From NCBI RefSeq assembly GCF_025526975.1, contig NW_026515671.1, positions 248,001 through 312,000 on the forward strand: a stretch of 64,000 nt of DNA, written 5' to 3'. The stretch is from Fimicolochytrium jonesii. Its lineage: Eukaryota. Below are positions 24,623-36,499 of the stretch, one piece after another. The stretch's first letter is position 1; the number at the start of each line of letters is the position of its first letter. The position numbers and the translations under genes were made by a program. The notes beneath the pieces are model-generated. The model was not told the DNA's origin and made no database searches. It saw only the letters and a list, made by a program, of their open reading frames with translations.

Positions 24623-27600
24623 ATGGACGACCAGGAAGAGCGACAAATGCAAGTGGACGAGCCACGAAATGGTGATGAGAGAGAACCGCCTTCAAGCGAG
24701 GTACTGTTTGTCGTTCTGGCGTAGACGATAGAAATCGATGTTGACGAGCAATTAAATAGGCCGATCATGAGGGAGAGGGCTCCGGTGATGACACGGCGCG
24801 GCCTTCAGCGGGTCGAGTAGGGGTATGTGGTGCAGAGTTGTCGAACCGCTGTGGACATATTGGGAGACTGCCTTCTTACATCACAGTGTATGGGCAGATG
24901 TACAGCGATGACGACGAATCCGAAGAAACCGAGGATGACGAAATGACCGAAGCCGACAAACAATTCATCGTCTCCGACGCCGACGAAGAAGAAGGCGGCG
25001 CGGAAGTCTCCGACGACGCCGAAGGCAACTCCTCCTCCCAAAAACGCCGCAAAAAGCGCAAACGACGAAAGCGCGCGCCCTCCGACTCCGAAAGCGATCT
25101 AGACGAAGACGACCTCGATCTCGTCAACGAGAACAGCGGCGGTGGCGGGCGGCAGTTCAAACGATTGCGACGGAAGGGGGATGACGATGAGCTGGCGAAG
25201 ATATTTGAGGATGAGGAGGAGGCCCCTGTAAGGGCTGTGGATTATGATGATGATGATGGGATGGAGGACTTCATCATTGATGATGAGGAGGGGGAGGTTC
25301 CCGAGGTGGATCGGGCGGAGAAGCTGGCGCAGAGGAAGAAGGAGAGGCAGATTTTAGGGCATAATTTGGGGAGGGGGTTGGGGATTTCTGATGAGTAGGT
25401 TGAGGAATGAGTGCCTGTCGGTTCGTTGACGGCATTGCGAGGATGTACTGACGGATCACCGTTACATAGCATGTGGAGCGAGGTTCAGCTCCTATTCGAT
25501 TACGAGGTGGATTATGGATGGGCGTTGCATGGCAAGGTATAAGACGACATATGCCGCGCGAACACGCCAAGGCCGCGTCTCTGATAGCTCATTCCTTCTC
25601 TTTCCCAGCCTGACCTGATGGACGTGGACGAAGTCGATGACGAAGGCGTAGTCCAAAAAGACAAGACCCTGAAGCTGACTGATGTATATGTGGTGCATTG
25701 CCGCGATGTGGGTCGAACAACAGACTGACACCTCCTACGTGTGGATTTTATGTAGATTTACGAGCCAGCAGAGATTGCAGAGAAGCACTTGACCGACGCA
25801 GATGAGCTCATTCGCGTCAACGATGTTCCTGAACGGTATCAGGTATTCTATCCGGCTGTTATCGACCCTTTCAATCCCACATCATGATCATTGATCGGAA
25901 AATAATTGCAGTCACGCGGCGACCTACCCATCCCCGAAGCCGGCGAGCTCGAACGCGAAGCCCTTTACATTGGTCAACAAATCTTCACCGAAAAGCATAT
26001 CGAAGACGAAGTCACCCTCACCCACCCCGTCGTCGAATCCATCCACAAAGTGCTCGAATTCGTCCGCGGAGAGAACGATCGCCAGGAACGACCGCACTAC
26101 GAAGTGCCTTTTATCATGACCCATCGGAAAGACTACGTAGCTGGCCGGCTTGACCGAAACGATATGTGGCGCGTGGTGGATCTGGATCAGCAGTTTATTG
26201 CGCTGGAGCAGAAGAAGAGGAACCTGTCGGCGTTGTTCAAGGATATCGTGTCCCTTTCGCCGGAAGCGGTCAATGATACGTATGTCGAGCAGTGTCTGAG
26301 CAAGGCGACGACGGTGGAGGCCGTTGCGGATGTGTCGCAGTATATTCAGCTGCGGTACTCGAATGAGATGGCCCAGGCGGAACAGTCAAGGCGGAATACG
26401 TTCAAGAAGGCTAGGCGTAAGACGGCCTATGAGATTGGGAAAGAAGCTGGGTTGTCGAAACTGGTCGAGATGTTCAATTGCGATGGACGGCAGATTCCGA
26501 ATAATATCACGGGTGGAGCGACAAAGACGGATGTGCCGGCGGAGACTCCGTTTCAGGTTGCTGCGCGACTCACGGGTGCTTTGTTCGCTACACCTGAAAA
26601 GGTCCTGGACGCAGCACGCTCGATGGTCGCAGCGGAAGTAGCCGCTGACCCCGCCTTCCGAAGCTTTGTCCGCAAAATTTACCTCTCCGACGCAACCCTT
26701 ACCGTCACTCCAACGCGCAAGGGCAAAAGCGAGATCGACTACAACCACCCCTTCTACTTCTTCAAATACGTCACCAACAAGTTTCTCTGGGACTTCCACG
26801 ACGGCGTGTTCCTGCAGGTCATGAGCGCCGAAGACCAGAAGCTGATCGAGACGGATATCCGCATCTCTGCGGAAGAAGAGTTCCTGAACGATATCATCCG
26901 CCGCGTGTCGTTTGCGTCGGAGACCCCCGTCGCTCAGGCGTGGAACGATGAGATCAGGAAGGCAATGCTGCATGCGTGTAGGGATATTGTGTTTCCGCAG
27001 CTGGTGAAGTGGCAGAAGGAGAAATGGGCGATGCAGAGCGCGGATTTTGTGGCGTTGGAGTTCCAGAAGGCTTTGGAGGCTAGGATTGAGATGGCGCCGT
27101 ACACGCGGGACCCGGATACGGTCGAGGAATGGGACCCGCGGGTGTTGGCGATTAGTTGGGGGGATGGGGAACCCAATGCGCCGACGTGGGCGGTTGTGTT
27201 GAAAGAAACAGGGGAACTGCTCTCCACAACCAAACTCGAACGTCTGCGAGGCCCACAGGAGCAGCGTCAACCGGACATCGACACTATCTACGACCTCATC
27301 GCACGTCACCAACCCGAAGTCATCGTACTGGGCGGGTTCACACCCAACACCAAAACCCTACTCCACCGCACCCTCGAAGACGCCCTAATCGCCGGCCGGC
27401 TCAAAGACGAGATCAAGATCATCTTCACCGAAGACGAAGCCGCCCGGATCTTCATGAACTCGGAACGCGGCCTCCGTGAATTCCCAGAGGGCGCGTACCC
27501 GCCCCTCGTGCGGTATTTGGTGTCGCTGGGACGGAAGGTGCAGGATCCGACGACGGAGTATGCGGGGTTGATGATGGCGCACGATTTCAGGGATGTGTTG

Positions 27601-29734
27601 GCGTTGCAGTTGCATCCGTTGCAGCGATTTGTGCCGGATGTGAAATTGAAGTGGGCGGCGCAGAAGGCGTTTGTGAATGTTGTTAATAGTTGGTGAGTTT
27701 CTTTCTGTGGGGTTCTTTTGAAGCTGGACTTTTGGGGATCAAATTGTGACTGATTTGGCGTCATTCGGTCGACAGTGGCGTGGATATCAACCTTGCCGCA
27801 CAACATGCACATAGAGCCACGACGTTGCAATTCGTTGCGGGATTGGGACCGAGGAAAGCTCAGTCCTTCCTTTCCAAAATATCGCGATTGGTAAGCGTGC
27901 TGGCGCTAAACTTGATGAATAAACTGTTCTTCAATCGGAGATCCATTTCTACCTCCATTTCTAGGGAGGTCGCTTAGAAACCCGCGCCCAACTCATCCGC
28001 AAATCCCTCTGCGGCAAACGCGTCTTCATGAACTGCGCCTCCTTCATTCGCATCCGCGCCCGCAACTTTGCCCGCTACGAAGCTAACCTCGACGTCCTAG
28101 ACGACACGCGCATCCACCCCGAAGATTACGACCTCGCGCGCAAGATGGCCGCCGATGCCCTCGACTACGAGGACGCCGCAGTGGAAGATGAAGAAAACCC
28201 GTCCGTGCACGTCGCGGAACTGATGGAATCCGACGCGGATCTTGTCAAACTGGCCCATCTCGCCCTCGACGAGTTTGCGCTTGAGCTGGAACGCCGTATG
28301 AAGGAGAAGAAGAAGATGGCGCTGGAGGACATCATGAAGGAAATCATGCGACCGTTTGGCGAACGCCGTAAACCCTTCACACCCGCGTCCCTCGACGAGA
28401 TCTTCACCATGCTCACCCACGAGACAAACGAAACCCTTCGCGAAGGCTCCGTCGTCTCGGCCCAAATCACCCGCGTGGTTGAACGACTGCTCAAACTCCG
28501 GCTCGTCTCCGGTCTGGACGGGCTCATCCACATTCGGCAAATACCCTTCGACAGACATACCAACCCGCCGACATCGCTTGTCGGGCTGTTCAGAGAGGAC
28601 ACGCTGCTGCAGGCCCGAGTTGTGCGTGTGGATAAGGAGCGGATGGTGGTGGAGATGTCGTTGATAAATGTGGATCCGGATGCGAGTAGGGCGAGGGTGC
28701 CGGTGGATGTTAAGTTTGATAAGCTGAGGGAGGAGGATGAGGAGAGGGCCCAGAAGAACAGTGAGTATTTGAATACCATTTGCTACAGTTCTCGCATCTG
28801 GATATTCTTTTGGCTGAGCCTCACGGCGAATCTTTCCCTCCAGTTGACACAAGAAGAAGCAAACGCACCGTCCGCACCATCAAACATCCGTACTTCAAAC
28901 AAATGGACTACAAGCGCGCCACGCAGTACCTCGCCGACAAACCCGTCGGGGCTGTCGTCATCCGGCCGTCGCTGAAGGGCAATGACCACTTTTCCATCAC
29001 CTGGAAGGTTGATGAGGATGTTTTCCAGCATGTTGGTGAGTGTTGAAGAACCGCGGGCATGATTTGTTTTCGTGGATGGCCGATATTCGATATCCGATTC
29101 TTACGCACTTATTCCATTCAAAAGACGTACTGGAAGAAAAGAAGTCGAGCGAGATGGACCTGGGCCGGGTACTGAAAGTCGAAGGCGAGGAGTACGCCGA
29201 GATCGACCAGATCATCGCGGAGCATATCGAGGCGACGAGTCGCAAAGTGCAGAGCTTGCTTGCGCATGCCAAGTTTCATAAGAAAACGATGCCTGAGATG
29301 AGTACGTGTTCACAGATTACTCTCCTATACATCCTCGTGCCCCGTAGCTGATATATATATCCTCCATCCCCACAGTAAAAGAAATCGAACACCAAACCCT
29401 CACAACCTCCCGCTCCGCCTACGGCCTCCTCGCCCACCCCGACCAACCCTGCCATTTCCTCCTCGTCTACAAACACCCCCATACGCGCCGACCGCCCGCA
29501 AAAGACGAGGTCGTCGTCCGGCCCAAGGGGTACATGTTCCGCAAACGCATGTTTTCGAGTGTCGATGAGCTGTTGAGATACTTTAAGGAGGATGAGGGGA
29601 GACGGGGGGCCGCGCACCATCATCAGCAGCAGCAGCAGGGAGGGCATCATCATGCGAGGGCGCCGCAGGGGATGGGGATGCACCTGGGGATAGGTGTGCA
29701 GCCACCAATACCAGGACATTATGTTCGGAGGTAG
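24623..29734 (+). CDS. SPT6: Transcription elongation factor / histone chaperone Spt6, multi-exon
   Basis: Acidic N-terminus; HYEVPFIMTHRKDY; SLGRKVQDP; GVDINLA..LQFVAGLGPRKAQ; LDDTRIHPEDYDLARKMAADAL; S1 domain; tandem SH2 (IKHPYF..VIRPS..ITWKV). Confidence 0.95.
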
Positions 29735-30255
29735 CGATGCGGATAGTCGGGGTTGCGGCGTCGGTTGTGGGAAGGGCGGTGTGATTGTTTAGTCGGGGAG
29801 TATTTGTATGATGGCGCTCTGCGTTGGAAAACTTTGCATACACACACAGCCTTGGGCCTTCACCTTATGAAAATGTACATTTATTCTTTGGAGAGAGAAG
29901 AGAAGGTGCGGCTTAGCTCAAAACCTAGTGGGCCGAAGTTTTCCTGGCCCCATTGGCCCCATGAATAACTCAGACGAGAGTACGAGGTAAGAGCCACTTT
30001 TCAACCGTGCGATCAAGTTTTATATATTTTCACCCCAATGCAACACTTCGGCGCCAATATCAAAGTGTGCCAACTACTCTTAAATATGCAAAACTCATAC
30101 GCAGACCGACAAGATCATGTAAACACGGTTCTCGCGCGAACTCCCACAACCGCATGCCATATCCCTCCGAAGCCTTCCTTCCATCCATATAACGTTCCGA
30201 CAATTGCCTTTCCAATACGCTTTTCCTAAATCTGTTTACTCTACCGGATAACCCA

Positions 30256-32224
30256 TCACGCATTCTCCTGCCTAGGCGCGATCAAAAACACCGAATGTTG
30301 ACCGCCAGCGGAGGCCTTGATGACCCGTCGGCCTTTCAAGCCAACCAGAAACGGGGTGTTCTCATCACCACCGCCTTCATTGCAGAGCTGACCCATGTCG
30401 CCGTAGCCCCAGGAATAGAGGTTGGATCTGGCTTCAGTGGGATTGTCCGAGTCCATCGCGACGGTGTCTGAGATAGCGAGGTTGAAGGACGAGTTTGAGG
30501 AGATTTCGATGATGTTTGTGGGTTGGAGAGAGGTGATGGGCGTGGGGGAGTTGTACGGGGTTTCCCCGACGTCGCCAAGACCAAGTTGGCCGGAGTCGCC
30601 GCGGCCGAAGGCGTAGACTGTGCCTGTGAAGAGATAAACAGAGAAGGGCTTGGATGAGTGCTCTGTTTACCCTATGGTGTCAGAAGGCAACGACCAAGGA
30701 GTGTTTACGTACCAGTACCATCGAGAAGAAGCGAATGGTGTTCTCCGACCGCCATCATCCTCAACCCACTCGCTTCATCATATCCTTGGACTCGTTGCGG
30801 TAACGCAATCGGGTCCGTTCTAGCACCAATCCCGAGTTGCCCATAATTGTTCAGTCCGTAACCAAAGACCGCGTTCGTCTCGTGGACGAAAAAAGAGGAG
30901 TATCCTCCGCAATACACGCGTTCGAACTTCTTGGAGGCCCGGGCACCACTTTCGGCGAGTTCGCTGGGGTAGAACGAAATTGCCCGCGGGAGCAGCTGAG
31001 AGCCACGGCTGTGTCGTTCCATGATTCTATGACCAAGCTGTCCTTGCTCCCCGTTTCCCCATGAATACATCCTACCTGTGGTGGATGGAAGATGAAATGA
31101 GAAATGTGTGAGTGATGATGTTGGAATGCTTGCCCAATGAGGATGAGAGAAATGTGGATGAACATACCATTATTGTCAACACACGCAACATGATTGTTGC
31201 CCGCCCCAATGCTCACAATCTTGCGAAGAGTGTTCATCTTGAATGGTCGCGGTTGGATCTCAATTCCAGGATAGAATCCAAAGATTCCCGTGGCCCCCCG
31301 GAATGTACCCCAACAGTAAACGCTGTTGTGATTGGATAGCAGTGGTCGTCAGATGGTCATGCAATATGCAAGGGGGGCAAAGCAAAACGACCGCATTACT
31401 TACTCGCCATGGTTGGTCAAAGCTACGCTTATCGAATCCCCGCAGGCTACCTGCACAATCACCTTATCCTCCAAGCCCTCTACGGGTCCGGGCTCCATCT
31501 CCTGCCCTCCGCGACCAAGTGCCATCTGATCATTGCAGCCCCAGCTGTACAGCTGAAAGAAAATGGAAAGGAGGGATAGGTAATCCGTTATAATGCATCG
31601 TAGACCGATAGCATGCACGCTAGGTACATACCTTTCCGTCTTGGGAGATGGCGATGTTGTGCAGGCCGCCGGAGACCACGTGCACGATGTTTTTATCGTT
31701 GAAATACGCCAGTCTCGAGGGTCGTTCCTTCTCTAGAATATCTTCTCCTAGCCCAAGCTGGCCGCAGTCCCCGCTGCCGACCACCCAGACCTCCCCGACC
31801 TCTGTATACGGCATCGGGATAGTCCATCCTAAGGGGAGAGAGAGATCGAGAGAGGAACCGGGTGGGCATCAGTATTATTACTCAAGCAAGGCTGGCGGCG
31901 ATGTAGCCCTCGCTCACAGTCAAAGACAGAGGCTCGCTTTGGTCGCCCAAAACCCGCGACTGTTCGTTGTCGCTCAGAGCACAGGGCAGGCTCGCCGGAG
32001 TGGCATCTTTGGCGGGGGACTTGCTCCGCCCGCTACCTCTCGGGCTTCCATGGCAAATCAAATGCACAAGGAGATATGTACATACGTTTCCTCGCGGTGG
32101 CCGGAGAAGTCTCCTTGGTCTTCCTCGCCAAGGGTGCCGAAGCCTTGGTCCTTTTCACCGGTCGCTTGCCGGGCGATGAAGCAGGGCTCGGGGCCTTTGT
32201 TCTGGGTTTCGCAGTTCGTCCCAT
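30256..32224 (-). CDS. RCC1: RCC1 Ran guanine-nucleotide exchange factor (Pim1/Prp20/Srm1), multi-exon
   Basis: Basic N-terminal tail; repeated [64 protein letters not shown]. Confidence 0.9.
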
Positions 32225-32607
32225 TGTTTCGGCGGGGGTGATACAGAGTGGGTATAGTATGTACGGTACGTAGACGCTTCCAGGAAGAGGAAGAGCCGAC
32301 GAGGTGGTCTCTTTTATATAGGGGGGTTAGGGGGAAGTGTGTTGTGAAAAGGGGGCGTTCAACAGCGTCGACTGTCAGACTCAGCCCTCTGGAGGTCGCA
32401 CTTGCGCCCCCGTCAGTCGGCGTCGAGTTCCCTTCGCGTACATTGTGCCATTCTCGGACACTCAAACAGACAGACACTCGTGCATACAGACACCCCCCGC
32501 AAGTCCTCCATATGTACATACGCTCTAGAAAACCTTGTTAGGCAATAGTCTCGTTGTCTACGTCACCACCACCTCTAGCACACTTTCTTTGCGACTGCAT
32601 ATTCTGC

Positions 32608-32775
32608 GCCAGGGGTGGAGACTTCATGACTCCAAAGGTGAGACCGTCGCTTTCCGTCAAAGGCTGACAGGCCAACCGCATTAAAGCAAAAGGCCTTCAA
32701 AAGCTACGCTGGTACTGCCAAATGTGCGAAAAGCAATGCCATGACGAAAACGGCTTCAAATGCCACTGTATATGA
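32608..32775 (+). pseudogene. KIN17: KIN17/RTS2 5' fragment (N-terminal zinc finger) truncated by an LTR
   Basis: GGDFMTPK / ANRIKAKGLQKLRWYCQMCEKQCHDENGFKCHC matches the KIN17 N-terminus; followed by TGA and an LTR start at 32776; not in the ORF track. Confidence 0.88.
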
Positions 32776-33047
32776 TGTGGACTACCTTCCAGACGGGTTG
32801 TTTAAATGATGTTCGTATACAATAACTATGTTGCTGTAAGGTATTGTAGACCGACTGGGTGTTCGCCCAAGCTGCTTTTCGCTATGCAGTCAAAGAGTAA
32901 CTGCTCGTTCAATAGGAACGTGCGGGAGCACTGTTAAAGTACCGGTGAGGCCAGAGTCCACTGGAGAACACGCTCAAACGTCCCGCAGACACATGGTTCT
33001 CCAACTTAACCGGACAACCCACATGACCCCCCCCCCCCCCCCCCCCC
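32776..33047 (-). mobile_element. Probable 3' LTR (32776-33023) with polypurine tract (G21 on minus, 33027-33047) of a minus-strand LTR retrotransposon
   Basis: TGTGG...CCACA termini; C21 run lies 3 nt outside the right end, in PPT position. Confidence 0.62.
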
Positions 33048-33141
33048 AACAGATTCTGCGGTGCGAACCCACTCCAGCAAGCTCAAGCAAAGTAGAATAT
33101 GAAGGTGTTCGGGATGGCACACCAGCGCAATCCTTACTGGT

Positions 33142-33201
33142 TCATGGTGGAACATGTTCCAGTTCTCATGGTGGGACATGTTCCAGTCCTCATGGTGGAA
33201 C
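33142..33201. repeat. 24-bp tandem repeat, 2.5 copies
   Basis: TCATGGTGGRACATGTTCCAGTYC units at 33142, 33166 and 33190. Confidence 0.9.
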
Positions 33202-33360
33202 TTTTATCGACCTCAGAAGTCAGGATAGTATGTCATTCAGGAAGGCTTTGCTGGAAAGACCGTCGTGTGTAGTGAGTCTTGCAAACCATTTTGTTCCTAT
33301 CGTAATTGCCGTCCACGCTGCCTGCTACCACCAGTGGGCGTCCCAGCTGTGAATGCAATG

Positions 33361-34092
33361 TGTAACGTCAGAGGAAACTTAGACAATAATGGGCCCTTCC
33401 GAGAGTGTCGGGGATATCTCATCTTCACTTGTCTCTCATATTATATCTCTTTACTTCTACTCGATCCAAGACCCGGGCTGGCCACCTGAGCTCTCGGTGA
33501 TACATCACATAAGGCGCCAAGCCTCACAGAAGCCACGCAAGCCCCACTGGCAGCCCATATATAAAGCTGTCAGTCAAGCGGCCGCTGCGAAGAGCTTCTT
33601 ACTTTTTTCTTCACTACAATACACTGCTCTCAGCCCTCTCGGAAGAACTCAATATGGTCTATGTTTCCTCTGACGTTACATGGTAGCACCACCTACCGCT
33701 AGCATCACCAAGACATTCCTCGTCAACGTCGCCACCTCTACCGGACGTCGCCCTTACACTCGTTCACAAGCAAGAATGGACGCACAGACTCGAGCTCGCA
33801 TTGCGGCTGTCGCAGCTGCTTTCGCTAGTCAGCAACGTGCTCTTATGCAAGACACCCAACGAGCCGAACGTTTCAAACTTCTTATGGACGCTCGCAAGAA
33901 CAAGCTCATCGAATACGATGGCGCCAAAGCTGCCAAAAAGATCGAAGAGTTCGTTACGTCTCATCACAACTTTCTCGACTCTCTCACTGTCCCGGCTGTA
34001 CCAGCTGGAACAGACGGTACTGGAGCTGCCAACGCCATAGCCTTTACTATGGCAGAGTACGCCTCTACGCTCACTACCTATCTCAAGGGTAC
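33361..34092 (+). mobile_element. 5' end of a tRNA-primed LTR retrotransposon: LTR 33361-33680, PBS 33681-33693, gag-like ORF interrupted at 34093
   Basis: Perfect 18-bp terminal inverted repeat TGTAACGTCAGAGGAAAC/GTTTCCTCTGACGTTACA; internal TATATAAA; TGGTAGCACC PBS directly after; gag-like YDG..IEEF..YLKG. Confidence 0.8.
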
Positions 34093-36499
34093 TGTTATGG
34101 ACGACGGGCCCATACCATAAGCTTACCTACTGACAGCCGCCAATGTCAACCGCCAAATGTCAAACGCCAATGTCAATGTCAATGTCAGTGTCAATGTCAG
34201 TGTCAATGTCAATGTCAATGCCACTCCCCCTCTCTCCTCTCATTTTCGCCAATCCTCCCGCAATATCGCCACTCCTCCTCTCTCCTCTCATTTTGCCAAT
34301 CCCCCCTTGGCTTCTCCACACCCCCCACTACTTCCCCATAGCCAGCAGCTGTGGCAATGCTCTCTACGCTCGCCACGCACGCTCTAGGAGCATAGCTGGC
34401 GCCCCCCCAGTCCCCTCTTGTTGTTGTTGTTCTCTGATCTGCTGGGTTGCCAATCTATAAATAGCCGGCCTCTCTTCGTCCATTCCCTTCCTCCCCAGCA
34501 GATTAACACCAGTTCTTCTCATCTCCTGTTCTAGTCCTTGTTTCTTGTTTCGCCAATACAATCTCTTGTCGCCTATCACTCTCGCCCTGACTTCTCTACT
34601 TCGCTTCCGCCTCCCTTGTCGAGATCATAACAGTTTGATCTGCTCCAACACTGCGAAGTTCAGAACCCGTCCAGCCCTGCATCCGACAAACCTTTTTCGC
34701 CATGTCCCAACCCGAATCCGTACCTTTCACTGCCAAGCAATGGAACGATATGTGCCAAGCCATCGCCGCCTTGCAAAGCCAAAACGCCAACTTGCAGGCC
34801 AACCTAGCGCAAGCCCAAGCCGACGCACAAGCTGCCCAGAGCATCGCCGCCCAGGTTCAAGCCGATACGTACACCCGGTCCCAAGTCACCAACCCTGCTC
34901 TGGAGCCAAGAATCAGCTCACCCAAGAAGTTTCATGGTACCCGCAGCAAATTCCGTGGGTGGTTGAACAACATCCGGTTGATGTTTGCTCTCCAGCCCGA
35001 CCGCTACCCCAGCGACATCATCCAGATCCAAACTATTGGCACCTACCTCACAGGCACTGCGCAAGCCTGGATGGCGCCCCTAGTCGAACGCCAAGATCAC
35101 AGCCTTCATGACTTCGATAGTTTTATCAGTCAGATGCAATCGGTCTTCGGAGACAGCGACAGGGTCCGCACCTCTGAAAACAAGCTCCAGAACCTTCGCC
35201 AAACCCGTGCAGCAACCGAGTACGTCGCTGAGTTCCGCCAGCTACAATGCGATGTCTCCTGGAACGACCAGGCCCTGATTGCTACCTTCCGCCGTGGCCT
35301 CAAAGAAGACGTCAAAGACCTGATGCTCACAATGCCCCCTGCGGCCACCATTGATGTGGTGATGGAGCAGGCTATCCAGTGCGATAACCGGCTGTTTGAG
35401 CGCCGCCTGGAGCGAAACAGAAGCCGCCAGACCTTCCCGGTTCCCCATACCTCGTTTACTACTACCACCACTGTCGACCACAGCGAGCCTATGCAGATTG
35501 ACGCCGCTCGTCCCCGCGGCCCTCTGAGCCCTCAGGAACGCCAACGCCGCATTTCCAACAACCTCTGCCTTTACTGCGGTGGCGCGGGGCACATTGCAAA
35601 AGTCTGCCCCGTCAAGAACAAGACCACCACCCGTGCCGCCAACGTCGACATCAAAGAACCCTCCACCAAACAGGGTTTTCCCAAAGTCCAGCCGCAGTAA
35701 AGCCCCAGCGACTGGACAACACACACCGCCCCGGGCCTCCTAACCTCGCAGCTCCTGCAACGGGAGAGGCCACCCCCCTGGTTCCCGACTCCGTTATAGC
35801 CGACACAACCCTCCTAGCCGCTGCCCATGTCAAAAACTCCGAAATTAACCCCCGCGCCATGCTTGCGCTGGGTCCCGTCGAACCCTTCAACTACCCCGTT
35901 ACCATCATGGTATCATCCAGCCGCGCCCCGATACCTACCTCAGCCATGATCGACAATGGTGCCCTGTCCTGCTTCATTGACAGAGACTTTGCCCGAAAAC
36001 ACCGCATCGCCCTAGTCCCGCATCAGCGTCCACTGACGATCGAACTCGTTGACGGTCAACCCAGCTCTGCTGGGCCAATCACCCATCACACCCGACCAGT
36101 AGGCATGTGGGTTGACGACCACTTCGAAGAACTCGTCTTCCATGTCACCAAATCACCCCATGCTCCAATCCTCCTTGGTCTCCCCTGGCTCCGCCTCCAC
36201 GACATTAACCTTGACTTCAAGAACCTTTCGGTCGGTTTCCGTCGCGACTGTCTGTACCATGAATTCGCGAATTGGGACAACTCTCCAGCACCCCCGAGCC
36301 CAGCACCCGCCAGAACCCCCGAGCCCTTGATCCGCATCCCCCAGGATGAAGTCCCCGTCGACGAAACATGGTCGATTCCAGTACCCAAGGTATCTCGCTC
36401 CAGCACCCTAGAACCGGCTCCCACGCCGCTCCGAGTCTCGTTCATCTCCGCCCCAGCCTTCCAGGTCGCAGCAAGGCATGACCAGGTCTTTGTCGCCTA
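34093..36499 (+). mobile_element. Ty3/gypsy chromovirus copy 1: 5' LTR 34093-34632, gag, protease; truncated by copy 2
   Basis: LTR TGTTATG...CATAACA; near-identical to the reverse complement of about 40090-42447. Confidence 0.93.
34702..35700 (+). CDS. gag: Gag (PEG10/RTL1-like capsid plus CCHC knuckle) of chromovirus copy 1
   Basis: PKKFHGTRSKFRGWL, YLTGTAQAW, LRQ..EYVAEF, FRRGL, EPMQID, CLYCGGAGHIAKVC. Confidence 0.92.
   Translation: MSQPESVPFTAKQWNDMCQAIAALQSQNANLQANLAQAQADAQAAQSIAAQVQADTYTRSQVTNPALEPRISSPKKFHGTRSKFRGWLNNIRLMFALQPDRYPSDIIQIQTIGTYLTGTAQAWMAPLVERQDHSLHDFDSFISQMQSVFGDSDRVRTSENKLQNLRQTRAATEYVAEFRQLQCDVSWNDQALIATFRRGLKEDVKDLMLTMPPAATIDVVMEQAIQCDNRLFERRLERNRSRQTFPVPHTSFTTTTTVDHSEPMQIDAARPRGPLSPQERQRRISNNLCLYCGGAGHIAKVCPVKNKTTTRAANVDIKEPSTKQGFPKVQPQ

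Noticed and set aside
26386..27312. 308-aa minus-strand ORF
   Set aside because: Antisense shadow of the main SPT6 exon.
33142..33201. 24-bp repeats as a possible CRISPR array
   Set aside because: Direct tandem units without spacers, eukaryotic context and no cas genes.
34143..34460. MSMSMSVS-repeat ORFs in each chromovirus LTR
   Set aside because: Translation of the TGTCAR hexamer array, with no evidence of a real protein.
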